Shown in pieces: positions 11,772 to 23,750 of a stretch of 38,431 nt of DNA. Origin of the DNA: Octopus bimaculoides (taxonomy: Eukaryota); contig NC_068982.1 in the NCBI RefSeq assembly GCF_001194135.2, positions 52,105,362 through 52,143,792 on the forward strand, written 5' to 3'. Within the stretch, counting starts at the first letter, position 1. Every line of letters begins with the position of its first letter. The notes beneath the pieces are model-generated. The model was not told the DNA's origin and ran no database searches. It saw only the letters and a program-made list of their open reading frames with translations. A program made the translations under genes and the position numbers.

Positions 11772-11972
11772 AGGCACAAGGCCTGAAATTTTTGGTGAGT
11801 GGAGTCAGTCGATTAGACCGACCCAGTACACAACTGGTACTTAATCTATCAACCCCGAAAGGATAAAAGGCAAAGTTGACCTCAGCAGAATTTGAACTTA
11901 CAACGTAGCTACAGGCGAAATACTGCTAAGTGTTTTGCCCGGTGTGCTAATGATTCTGCCAGCTCACTGCCT
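11772..11972 (-). mobile_element. tRNA-derived SINE
   Basis: The minus strand carries an A/B-box-like head (ggcagtgagctggcagaatc...gttcaaattctgctgagg). Related to 7555-7680 and 33708-33788. Confidence 0.7.
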
Positions 11973-12941
11973 TACATATTCTGAAATATTGATGAGAAAT
12001 TTCTGATGGCAATCTAAAACTCTGAAGCAAATGACATGATCAAGAGCTTTTACTTCCTGAATTGATTCTTTTATCTTATTTTTTTGTTATCATTGTTAGT
12101 GTCTGCAATTCTGTCTTTGTAGGGTGTAATTTGAAGGAGACAGGATCCTCTGTTGGTTTTATATATCTGCTGCATCTCAGAGGCTAGGCCTTCTTTTCTT
12201 AACCAAACTCTATTTCAGTTCTGAACAGCTGTTTTTGTGTAGTGTGCATGTTTCCCCGTATCAGAGTACTGTTCATTTGTATAAAGCAAAACTGCTGTAC
12301 AAACATAATGAAACAAAAACTAGATCTAAATTAAAAAGAAAAGTCATTCAACTGATTGGCAAATCTTCAATTAGCAAACACACAACCAGTAGCACACTGT
12401 GGTGAACTAACAAGTTCTGTATCACCAAATCCATGTTTCATCTTAATTCTATCATCTCGATACTGTAGGGACAATAACATACCTTATTTCCTTTTTCCCT
12501 TTCCACATACTCCATTTAGATAACTGTCTGCAAAAATTCAAACTGATCATTAACTTGTATTAACTTCCTCCTTGGATTAAAATTAAGCAAAAAAAAAACC
12601 AAAAAAAAACAAAATCATTAGAACATGAATTTTAGCAAGATGTGATTTTATATTCTTGTTGAACTGTCATGAAATGATCAGTTAAGTCATGTTATAAGAC
12701 ATTTAGTTAGATATTTAAAAATGAAACAAAGATATTTGGAGGAAACTAGTAAATAGCCTGTGTTACTAAGAAAGAAAAAGTTTATTAAAGAAGCTCCTTG
12801 TCTAAACTGTCAGAACCTGTTTCTCATTCTTTGGCAAACTTTGTTGAATTAATTTCTGTATGAAATCTTTGAATAATATTGATGTAAATATTTATCATAA
12901 ATACTAATAAAATTTCATTATATTTCTTTACAGTTGAGATT

Positions 12942-13007
12942 ATGTCTGGAATTGCTGTGGGCCGTTTAGCTGAAGAAAGAAAAGCTTGGAGAAAAGATCA
13001 TCCTTTT
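12942..13007 (+). CDS. UBE2I: SUMO-conjugating enzyme Ubc9, coding exon 1 ([22 protein letters not shown])
   Basis: Acceptor tttacag at 12933, 8 nt of UTR, ATG at 12942, donor GTAAGC at 13008. 66 coding nt; the sequence matches the Ubc9 N-terminus. Confidence 0.97.
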
Positions 13008-13911
13008 GTAAGCTGTTTTATTTGTTGTTTGTGTCTCTACTGTATATTTTGAAATTTACTTATCTGAGTTCAAGATCTAGAAAGACTGCAAAGCAACCCA
13101 TTTTATACAATTACAGATCTTTGGTAACTGTATGTTGTAAATTTTGTTTCTTAGTGAAGGGTGATTAAAATAGTTATTGGTTTTTAAAGTCAAACATAAC
13201 TTTGTAAAATAAAAATCATCTTGGTAATTATTTTGAAAAACCAGTGAATGTGGCAGTCCTACAAGGATTTTAACGTGCGAATAATTAGTGTTTAACTGGT
13301 TAAATTAATTTATGGGTACAAAACTTTTTCTGCTGGTAAAACAGTAGAATCTGAGAAAACTAGTCATCTGCACTAGCAAAAAGCAATAACACTATTTCAA
13401 ACAGTGGAATAAATTTTATTCCCTGAAGAGGAGTTTGTTTCAGAGAATTCTTTGTTAGAGAGAGAGAGAGAGAGTGTGTGTGTATTTTGATGGGTAAATA
13501 AGTTGGGGTTAATGAGAGATGTTTAGAAGGCAGAGATAACAAGTGGTGGTGGAGAGGAGCAATGGTCAGGTTGAAGAGAAAATAAAAAGAACTGGCAAAT
13601 TTGAAACAACTTTGAAATGTGATGACAGACATTCAAACAACACTCATATACACACATTTATGGGTGTGCAAACATGGGTCTGATAGAATTTGTTGAGGCT
13701 GATTTTCTATGGCCAGATACCCTTCCTGTTGTTTGACCTTCACTTATTTCCAAGCAAGGAAGTTTATGCATTCAGGGATACCCTTTGCTTAGCAACAACA
13801 AATATAAGTACATTTATGTATATAGTTATAAAGAGGAGGTGGGACATTAATTGTACAATCGCACAACTGTCATCATCATTTAACATCCGTTTTCCATAAA
13901 GGCTTGGGTTG

Positions 13912-14620
13912 GAAGGAAATTCTTCTCTAAATTAAACCTCTCAGAAGCATATCTATAAATACAAGTAGAAGAAGAATGTGCACATTTATTAACACACCGT
14001 GGCTTATTTAAATTTAAGCCGTTTCTCTTTGGTGTAAAAGTGGCTCCTGCCATATTTCAGTAAGTAATTGATGCAATGTTAAGTGATTGAGATTTCACTT
14101 TCACCTATCTAGATGATATTTTAATAAACGGTGAATTACAGGAACAACACTTTGACTGCATTAAAAGAGTATTTGAGAAAATAAGCTAATACGAGTTCAA
14201 GTTAATGGAGGAAAAATGTGAGTTCTTATTGAATAAAATCAAATACTTAGGAGAAGTAATTGGCAAAAACGGTAGAAAACCAGATCCATCAAGGGCAACA
14301 GTGATAAAGAATATGCCCACACCAAAAAATGTAACTATGCTGCAGGCATTCTTGGGTTTGGTAAACTATTATCAAATCAGTGAGTGAGGCTCCAGTCAAT
14401 GATCTGTTGAAAAAGAATACAAAATGGTGTTGGTTGGATAAGTGCCAGAAGGTTTAAAACTATTTTAACTTCGGACCTATCACTGACACATTTTGCTCCA
14501 AAGTTGGAAATTATACTGGCTACAAATGCAAGTGTGTATGGTATAGGGGCTGTACTTCTGCAGTAAAAAGAGTATATCCCATGAGTTAAGGTTATTGCAA
14601 GCTGAAAAGAATTATAGTCA
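13912..14620 (+). mobile_element. Ty3/Gypsy pol fragment (RT to RNase H), degenerate
   Basis: FSKLNLSEAYL, THRGLFKF, FGVKVAPAIFQ, TYLDDILI, KCEF..IKYLG, LQAFLGLVNYY, NASVYGIGAVL, with stops and frameshifts. Confidence 0.9.
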
Positions 14621-14625
14621 CACAC

Positions 14626-14765
14626 ACACGACAGACTTCTTTCAGTTTCTGTCTACCAAATCCACTCACAAGGCTTTGGTCGAGCTGAGGCTATAGCTGA
14701 ATACACTTGTCCAAGGTGCCACACAGTGGGACTGAACCCAGAACCATGTGGTTGGGAAGCAACCA
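14626..14765 (-). mobile_element. CORE-like SINE 5' half, antisense
   Basis: Reverse complement of the 9820-9970 blocks. Confidence 0.75.
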
Positions 14766-16627
14766 AATGTGTCTGCCTGACACATTTTGATAAAAATGAA
14801 CAACACAATTTAAAACATGTTATTTCATCTTGAAGTCTTGTCTCTCCATGTATTGTGAAGGAATTTTATATACATTTGATTGGTATCAAAATTCTGCTGT
14901 TTTGTATGTTTGGTGCATGCTATGCGTTTCTATATTTTGATGTGTTGACTATTTTTCTTTATAAGGCATTAATGTTTATATTTTTATTAATATTCCCAGA
15001 TGCCATGAAAAATTTTTTTTTGTTTTTATTGCATTTCATTTAATAATAGCATTGTTGATTGAGTTTCTGACTAGTTTACTGTATGGCATTTACACTGAGT
15101 GTGACAAGGGAGTGTTTGAAACTGTCAAAATAGAAGTACCACAAAGTAGTTTTGTTTGAAAGAACGAGTTCATCGGTTTTTATTGCTCTCCTATATACAC
15201 ACACACACACACACTTTCCGTGTATCAATTTACACTGAGAAGGATTTGGACAACTCTAGGCGTTGGTGGAAAACACCTACACCCACTGCAAAGTGAACTG
15301 CATCACATGACCATGCTTGTGCTTCTGAAATGTATATATCACAGTTTTTTTTTTTTTCTATTGTACTCTGATATATTTCCATACTACTCTGAGATTACAT
15401 TTTTTACATTGGATACCAATTTAACACTAAACATTCAACATGAGTTAAGAGTAAAATGTAAGTTGATTAAAAACAAGAATGAATGGAATCTTGTGAGCTT
15501 TGAATGTATAACCTTTGAATTCCACTAACCAAACTATGCATATTTCTTTGCCTAATTATGTATGAGGAGGCTAATTATAATTAATTTTAACTTTCGACTG
15601 GTGATAAACATTGTAAGGTGGAAAAATAATTTAGCATAACACTTTTAAAAATTTATGCAGAAGTTGAATTGATAAATAACTTTACTTCAAATCCTTAGTC
15701 TTTGTTCTAATGCATTTAAATTCAAAATCTTGTGTCAGTAGATTATCAGTCTTTCAGCTGAAGATTTATCTATTAATGTCTTACACTGATGTATCTCAAA
15801 TCAAGATACTATCAGTGACTCAGCTTCTTTAACTGAGGAAGTACAACTCGCTATTACAAGCAGTTAATTCGTCATATAATTGACAGGTGGGTTGATAGCT
15901 TTCAAGTCTGAGTTCAAATCCTTTTGTTTTGCAAATCATTTTTTCCAGTTAGTGAGAAGTGTCTCATAATATAGTCAATATTTTGATGTTATAGATCAAC
16001 AAATTTGTTCATTTTTAAATCAGAATTTATGTTTGTTTTAAACTATTACAGGAAAACTAAATAGTGTTGTATATTTTGATAAATATTTGAATAGTTTTTT
16101 TTTATGTGAAACAGAATCCTCTTATTTCTAATTTTTTAAAAGTGATTTTGTTCTTTTTTTTTTTTGTGTTAGAAGTAATTATTATGCAGGATTAAACAAA
16201 TTTTTTTAAAAATAGGAACAGTTTGAAGGAAATTGCTTAATAAATTATGTTTGCTGTTGTTTACATACAAAAATATGCTTCCCAAGCCATTCTTTTATTG
16301 CTCACTATTTTATGAAATCTTTCCTTATCTCAACCCTGTCATTGCCAAGCTTTACATACTGAACCTTTTATACCATATGTAATCACCTTTTCTTTGTCTT
16401 TCAAAACAAAAGATAAATTGGCAATGCTTCAACAATAATCCCAGCTCATGGGTTGGAATCAGTAAAAGCATTATACTCACCCAATTTACATAATTTACCT
16501 CATTAAAAAAGAAGAAAAATCAATATTATTTGACTAACTTCAAACAATTATTTTTCTGTTCATTTTTTAAAAATTAAATTTAATAGTCTTTTTCTTACTT
16601 ATAAAACCCTATTTTAACTTATTTCAG

Positions 16628-16711
16628 GGTTTTGTTGCCAGACCTATTAAGAATCCAGATGGCTCTCTCAATCTTATGAATTGGGAATGTGCAATTCCTG
16701 GGAAAAAATCG
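16628..16711 (+). CDS. UBE2I: Ubc9 coding exon 2 ([28 protein letters not shown])
   Basis: atttcag| acceptor and |GTAAGT donor; 84 nt, phase 0/0. Confidence 0.98.
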
Positions 16712-17114
16712 GTAAGTATATTTTATCATTACAGGGTTGTTAGAGTGCTTGATCAGATGCCTTCTCAGGTATTTGTTCTGGTTCTATGCATTCTGTGTTC
16801 AAATTTCACTGAAATAAAGTACCAATCCAAGGTGGTGAATTAGCAGAATTTTAGAGCATTGGATTGAATGCCTTTTGTGTGTTTTGAGTTCAAAATCCCT
16901 CTTTGGATCCCTAGTATAGCAAAGTAATCTCTTTTATGAGGACAAATTTAAAACAAAAGATAAAATGAAAAGTGGGGCACTGAACTCAAAAGAATTTGTC
17001 TTTATTGAGTGGGTCAATCAAAAGGCATCAAGTGCTCAGTAAGTAACTACAATGATGAAAAGATGACATTTTGAATCAACTAAATGATAAAATGAAAAAA
17101 GTAATTTTTATTTT

Positions 17115-17250
17115 ACCACATTCTGTTGGTTGGATGTGATTAAGGAAGATCTCCAGAGGTTTGACATCAAATTGGAGGATGCAGAGGGGCTGGCATAGGA
17201 CCACCAGCAATGGGGGAGTGCTAGTGGACCTGATCAGCTCTAGGCATGAT
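17115..17250 (+). mobile_element. RTE-like LINE 3' end fragment
   Basis: One frame reads WLDVIKEDLQRFDIKLEDAEGLA*DHQQW, resembling the RTE C-terminal RW.D.I..DL...LA.DR..W pattern, followed by gcatgatgatg. Confidence 0.55.
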
Positions 17251-17604
17251 GATGCCTCTGGGATGACCCCAGCCCTATCGAGCAAGAGCACAGAGAAACA
17301 GATAGACAAACATTGTTTATGTATAAAATATCTTAAAAGTTTCTGCAAACTTTTTCAAAACTTACTGAATTCTTCTTGTGAAAACATTTCATTTATAAAT
17401 GACAAGGCAGAAATAGTTGGGAACATCTAAGAGGGATTAAAACTTATCCAAAAGGTTTATGACTAATGAAACAAGTAATTTAGAAAATATATGTATTTCT
17501 TTATATTTAATGTTTCTGATGTATTAATTCATTTAGTATTAGAAATTTATTCATGCTTTTATTTTTTTTATGGTAATATTTAAAATATTTTTTTACATTT
17601 CTAG

Positions 17605-17677
17605 ACTCCATGGGAAGCTGGTGTCTACAAATTAAGAATGCTTTTTAAAGATGACTATCCAAGTTCTCCTCCAAAGT
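17605..17677 (+). CDS. UBE2I: Ubc9 coding exon 3 (TPWEAGVYKLRMLFKDDYPSSPPK + first base of C)
   Basis: tttctag| acceptor and |GTGAGT donor; 73 nt, phase 0/1. Confidence 0.98.
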
Positions 17678-19456
17678 GTGAGTAATTGCTTGGAATTTTT
17701 TAAAATGAAATATTAATATAACCATTTCTGTATCACACTTAATGCACATAAACTGTTGACAGGCCAAATACTGTGGTCAAAACAGGAGTATCCCTTTCAA
17801 CATTGTACTTTCATTATGATACAGAGATGGCTATTTTAATTTAATGCTGCTTCAATTGCTTGCACTAGATTATGGTATATCGATATCTCTCAGCTTTACT
17901 GATTGACCCATTATCTTTCAGATTATTCTGTCAAATATAATGCCTATCTATATGCATAGTTTTGAATTATGCATTATGTCATAGCTTCAAGATTTCAATG
18001 ATTTGATTGCAGCCATTCTGGAGCACCGCCTTTTGTTTATTTTTGTGGCATTGTTAGCTAAGTGAGATATTGGATCTGGCCAGTTTGAATATGAAAGAGG
18101 TAGAATATTTTGGCTGGATATGGCTGGTTTAAATGCTAAAGCGTTAAACAAGCTGGACAGTTTATTCAATTCTTAAGGATAAAGATTGTATACTTGAATT
18201 AATTTTTTCCTCACTGAAGATGTCAAGAATTTATTTAGTGATTAAATGTTTTTAGAAGTGTACAGTTCTTTGGAAAGTGGCCATTTGTTAGATTTTTTGG
18301 TATTCAAGAACCTGCTTCTGCGATATTTTCCCTCTTCAATGCTTTAACACATATGATGATTTTCAAATTCCGACCCAGGGTGCCATCTGTTGCTCCAATG
18401 TACTATGTGTGGCATTCAATGGCTGTGGTAAGTTCAGAATTCTTTTAACTGGCCATGTCCATCCCAAATATTCTTCTTGTTTTATGTTCAAATTGACCTG
18501 ATCCAACCTCTCACACCTACCCTACAATATCATTCTAAGAATAAGCAATTACTTCATCAATATCTTGAAGCTGAAATAATTCATGATTAGTTAAAAAGAA
18601 AGAGAAAGAATGAATAAATACTAATCTAAGTGATGGAGGGTGATTTTTAAAAGGATNNNNNNNNNNNNNNNNNNNNNNNNNNNNNNNNNNNNNNNNNNNN
18701 NNNNNNNNNNNNNNNNNNNNNNNNNNNNNNNNNNNNNNNNNNNNNNNNNNNNNNNNNNNNNNNNNNNNNNNNNNNNNNNNNNNNNNNNNNNNNNNNNNNN
18801 NNNNNNNNNNNNNNNNNNNNNNNNNNNNNNNNNNNNNNNNNNNNNNNNNNNNNNNNNNNNNNNNNNNNNNNNNNNNNNNNNNNNNNNNNNNNNNNNNNNN
18901 NNNNNNNNNNNNNNNNNNNNNNNNNNNNNNNNNNNNNNNNNNNNNNNNNNNNNNNNNNNNNNNNNNNNNNNNNNNNNNNNNNNNNNNNNNNNNNNNNNNN
19001 NNNNNNNNNNNNNNNNNNNNNNNNNNNNNNNNNNNNNNNNNNNNNNNNNNNNNNNNNNNNNNNNNNNNNNNNNNNNNNNNNNNNNNNNNNNNNNNNNNNN
19101 NNNNNNNNNNNNNNNNNNNNNNNNNNNNNNNNNNNNNNNNNNNNNNNNNNNNNNNNNNNNNNNNNNNNNNNNNNNNNNNNNNNNNNNNNNNNNNNNNNNN
19201 NNNNNNNNNNNNNNNNNNNNNNNNNNNNNNNNNNNNNNNNNNNNNNNNNNNNNNNNNNNNNNNNNNNNNNNNNNNNNNNNNNNNNNNNNNNNNNNNNNNN
19301 NNNNNNNNNNNNNNNNNNNNNNNNNNNNNNNNNNNNNNNNNNNNNNNNNNNNNNNNNNNNNNNNNNNNNNNNNNNNNNNNNNNNNNNNNNNNNNNNNNNN
19401 NNNNNNNNNNNNNNNNNNNNNNNNNNNNNNNNNNNNNNNNNNNNNNNNNNNNNNNN

Positions 19457-19676
19457 CATAAAAGACACCATTTCGAGCGTGGCCGTTTTCGTGCAGGTGA
19501 CACGTAAAAGCACCCACTACACTCTCTGAGTGGTTGGCGTTAGGAAGGGCATCCAGCTGTAGAAACTCTGCCAAATTAGATTGGAGTCTGGTGTTGCCAT
19601 CCGGTTTCACCAGTCCTCAGTCAAATCGTCCAACCCATGCTAGCATGGAAAGCGGACATTAAACGATGATGATGAT
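19457..19676 (+). mobile_element. RTE-tailed SINE/LINE 3' portion with (GAT)n tail
   Basis: ggttggcgttaggaagggcatccagctgtagaaactctgcc...caacccatgctagcatggaaagcggacattaaacgatgatgatgat. Confidence 0.75.
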
Positions 19677-20220
19677 TTTTATGTTAAAAGATAATCTAGA
19701 TAAAAATCTACAACATATTTGATATTACAATTGTTGATTGTGGTAGTTCAATTCAAGTACAACTTATGCCATTCCTTCTTTGTAAAGGTTGGACTAATTT
19801 GCTTAACAATACTTCTCAATTTTATCTTTGAACTCAACATCAGTGATTTTTAAACCTAACTGCTGGTAAAGTTGTGGTTTATCTCTGGGTCACCCGTGAT
19901 GGAAAAGATGTTTTCATCATGACTTTTTGTATATCTAAGACTGCATTATCCAACATGGCCTTCATTTTTGAAGGAGATATGGCTGCTATCCCTCGCAAAC
20001 TGATCAGTTGCATATAGATGTTCGGGAGTTTGATTAGCAGTCTGTATAGCTTGAAAAAAAACTGGATCCTGTTTTAGGGATGAGTTGGGCATTAAGCAGG
20101 GGTCTAGTTTTAAAATTCTCCCCACCAACATTTCAAATAACTGAATTTTAGGACTTATCTTCATTACACCAAAGTTAATGCTAAGTACAATAAGTGAATG
20201 TGTTAGGCAACTTTTATTTT

Positions 20221-20629
20221 CATTATTTACATTTGACAGATATTTGTCCTCATCTTGTTTGTTGTTAACACGTTTCAGCTGATATACCCTCCAACCTTCA
20301 TCAGGTGTCTTGGGGAAATTTCGAACCTGGGTTCTCATTCCTAAGGTATTTTTTGATATTATTATTATTATGCCCACAGGCATATGGTGCAGTGGTTAAA
20401 AGTGTGGGCTACTAACCCCAAGATTCCGAGTTTGATTCCAGGTAGTGACCTGAATAATAATAATAATAATAATATCAAAAAATACGTTAGGAATGAGAAC
20501 CTATTTCCCCAAGACACCTGATGAAGGTTGTGGGGTATATCAGCTGAAACGCGTTAACGACAAACAAGATGAGGACAAATATCTGTCAAATGTAAATAAT
20601 GTACATGATTCCTCATGTCTTAAATATAG
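20221..20629. mobile_element. Penelope-type fold-back insertion: inverted tail + tRNA-like head + tail, with two hammerhead-like cores and a 12-bp TSD
   Basis: ~150-bp inverted arms 20221-20369 / 20455-20601. A box tggtgcagtgg and B box gagtttgattcc lie in the centre. CTGATGA..GAAAC at 20518-20550 (+) and 20304-20272 (-). aacttttatttt at 20209-20220 and 20630-20641. Confidence 0.8.
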
Positions 20630-21087
20630 AACTTTTATTTTGTTTGGGAACATATTTTAAAGAGCTGAATTAGTATAGTAACAGTAAAGGCTTAGTAGTA
20701 TTTAAGTTTATTTTTTCTGTCTTTAGGTTTCAATTTCACCCAGGTCAACTTATTCATCTTTTGAGTGGTGGTCTTGGTGGTCAACTAGTACTAGTAACAT
20801 GCTGGGCAGATGATTACATCGGAAAGATTTGCTGAGGGTTTATGCTGGTATGGAAGTTTGTTGGTGGTGGGGTTGTATCAATGATTTTTATTCACTATAG
20901 GAAATTTATTCTGTAGCTATGTTTGTATATGAGTAGTTCATTTTAATCATCTTAATGGAGATTGTATAAGGCAAGGCTTTGATTTTTAAGCTTTCATGCT
21001 TGTTTCTCAAATACATGTAAAAAAAATAAACATGTTGATTGTAAATGTGATTTAACAAAGTCATTGTTGGAACTAATTTTATTTTAG

Positions 21088-21197
21088 GCAAATTTGAACC
21101 ACCAATCTTTCATCCAAATGTTTACCCCTCTGGAACTGTATGCCTGTCACTGCTGGATGAAGACAAAGATTGGAGACCTGCTGTTACCATTAAACAA
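21088..21197 (+). CDS. UBE2I: Ubc9 coding exon 4 ([36 protein letters not shown]), catalytic Cys93 at 21141-21143
   Basis: ttttag| acceptor and |GTAATT donor; 110 nt, phase 1/0. HPN motif followed by the active-site Cys. Confidence 0.98.
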
Positions 21198-22309
21198 GTA
21201 ATTATTTTATTGTTAATACATCTTTGACCTTTTCAAGTCTGCAGAGAAACAGTATAAATATTATATTATTATCAACAATTATTTGAAAAGCATTAATACC
21301 ATATTTTCTGGCATACAACTCAACAGTATTGGTGTAGATATTTAAGCATCATCACTATCTTTCCAAATCCTGCTGCTTTTTACATTGAATTTTTGGTTCT
21401 CTAAGTTGTCTTGGTGTATAAGTTGATCTGCCTTCTTTTGGCTGTAAATTTTGGTCTGAAAAATTCAACTTGTATGCTGGAAAATACAGCAGGTGAATTG
21501 TTTATATTGAAATAATATTTTTTTGTTTCTTTTTTAATGCTTGAATATTAGATTTAATTTTTAGTTATGAACAAACTATGGTTAATTAAAAAGAACTCAG
21601 TGGGAATTAAACCCAAACCCCGTTTGTTGAGTTCCTTATGCATTTACTGCTGCATCTTGAACCTTTTCACAATGTTTAATATTTTTACCTAATCAGTTGG
21701 TCTGAAAAATATGCATAAATAATAAACTGCAGTCGACCCGCTTTTTTTTTTTTTTTTTTTTTTTTTTTNNNNNNNNNNNNNNNNNNNNNNNNNNNNNNNN
21801 NNNNNNNNNNNNNNNNNNNNNNNNNNNNNNNNNNNNNNNNNNNNNNNNNNNNNNNNNNNNNNNNNNNNNNNNNNNNNNNNNNNNNNNNNNNNNNNNNNNN
21901 NNNNNNNNNNNNNNNNNNNNNNNNNNNNNNNNNNNNNNNNNNNNNNNNNNNNNNNNNNNNNNNNNNNNNNNNNNNNNNNNNNNNNNNNNNNNNNNNNNNN
22001 NNNNNNNNNNNNNNNNNNNNNNNNNNNNNNNNNNNNNNNNNNNNNNNNNNNNNNNNNNNNNNNNNNNNNNNNNNNNNNNNNNNNNNNNNNNNNNNNNNNN
22101 NNNNNNNNNNNNNNNNNNNNNNNNNNNNNNNNNNNNNNNNNNNNNNNNNNNNNNNNNNNNNNNNNNNNNNNNNNNNNNNNNNNNNNNNNNNNNNNNNNNN
22201 NNNNNNNNNNNNNNNNNNNNNNNNNNNNNNNNNNNNNNNNNNNNNNNNNNNNNNNNNNNNNNNNNNNNNNNNNNNNNNNNNNNNNNNNNNNNNNNNNNNN
22301 NNNATATAG

Positions 22310-22450
22310 GGGGAGAATTCGCAAGAAAAAACAAAAGACAGGTAGTGTAGGCAACAAACAGATGTATTAATTTAATGCTCGGGAAGTGAAAAAGTCTTTA
22401 ATGTTTCAAGCCTATACTCTTCCACAGAAAGAAACAAGGAGAGAAAATAA
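22310..22450 (-). mobile_element. Second copy of the 3586-3730 repeat family
   Basis: The minus strand reads cttt-CTGTGGA-agagtataggctt-GAAAC-ATT-aaag (22431-22396). Confidence 0.5.
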
Positions 22451-23454
22451 GGATGTGATGTATAGTGGAGCTTGCTGGAGACTGCTGCTTACCATCTTAA
22501 AAAGGAAAACAAAGAAGTATCTTAATAAAAGGTGTATTGCTAACACCTTAGATTACAAATGTTGGATGTTTTTCATACCAACAATTTGCTATGATAACTG
22601 AGAGTTATAGTTAAAGATAATGTGAATGTTGAGAGAAAATATATTTTCACATAAAGAGCAAGACAATGGAAACTACTATAGTCTTCTACTGTAGCCCAGG
22701 GCTGACCAAAGCCTTGTGAGTGGATTTGGTAGAAGGGAAAACTGAAAGAAACCTGTGTGTGTGTTTGTCCCCAGGTGTTGGTTTGTTTACTTCCCTATAA
22801 CATAGCAGTATTTTGATTAATGACAAACAAAAACAACTTTCATGTCTTGCATTTGATAACTATTATTTTGTGAGATTTCAGGTGTTGAAAATCTGTTTCA
22901 TTGAAAATGACAAGCAAATGATGTGCTTGATCTGCAAGAAAGAGCAGCCAAATCTCTCAACTTACCCCCTACCGTAATAAAAGGAGGACACTTGGGATAA
23001 CATTAATACTGAATGCATTGAAATAGATGGGATGGTCATGGCTAGCCTGGAGTTAAGCAGCAAAATATCTTGTTGATTTATCAATAAAATCTTTAGAGGC
23101 TGAGGACAAATTATGGTTGTTTGTGGAAATAATAATTAAAAAGCAATATTGCCATACAGTTGATTTTCAAATTACATTGAAGTTATAATTGATGAAATTA
23201 TATTAAAAATTTATTGTACTTTATTGTTAAGGTAATAATTTTTACATTTATTTATTTGTCACTGTTGAAATTTTAATAGGAATTGAACAACCTGAAATGA
23301 GAAGTATTTGTCTGTCTGTCACTGTACACTTGTATGTAACAAAATTTGCTTTAAAACATAACTTGCATTTATTTTTCTAGTTTACAATGGTGTTAAAGGA
23401 AATTGGTTGTGTTTCAACAGTTAATTACAGTAATATAATTGTTTACACCATTGA

Positions 23455-23750
23455 CAATTGTCTTCTACTATATAGCCCTGGGCTGAACAAAGCCTTGTGA
23501 GTGAATGGATTTGGTAGATGGAAAACTGAAAGAAACCTCTTATGTGTGTGTGTGTCCATTTGTTTGTCCCCCACCACTGCTTCACAATAGATTGGTTTGT
23601 TTACATCCCCACAACATAGCAGTTTGGCAAAAAGAGACCAATAGAATAAGTACCAAACTTAAAAACAAAATAAGTACTGGGGTGGATTCATTCAATTAAC
23701 AGCCTTCAAGTCAGTGTCCCAGCATGGTCCAGTGATTGAAACAATAAAAA
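23455..23750 (+). mobile_element. CORE-like SINE, 5'-truncated (a shorter copy lies at 22675-22810)
   Basis: tgtcttctactatatagccctgggctgaacaaagccttgtgagt...gatttggtagatggaaaactgaaagaa, then the shared 3' body. Confidence 0.75.

Noticed and set aside
20372-20450. tRNA-like segments (here, 30436-30512, and SINE heads) as real tRNA genes
   Set aside because: Acceptor and anticodon stems do not pair properly, there is no pol III terminator at the expected position, and they are embedded in repeats.
23270-23290. Peptide ILIGIEQ resembling the start of the missing Ubc9 exon (ILLGIQE)
   Set aside because: There is no AG acceptor before it, the similarity does not continue, and there is no suitable donor 80 nt later.
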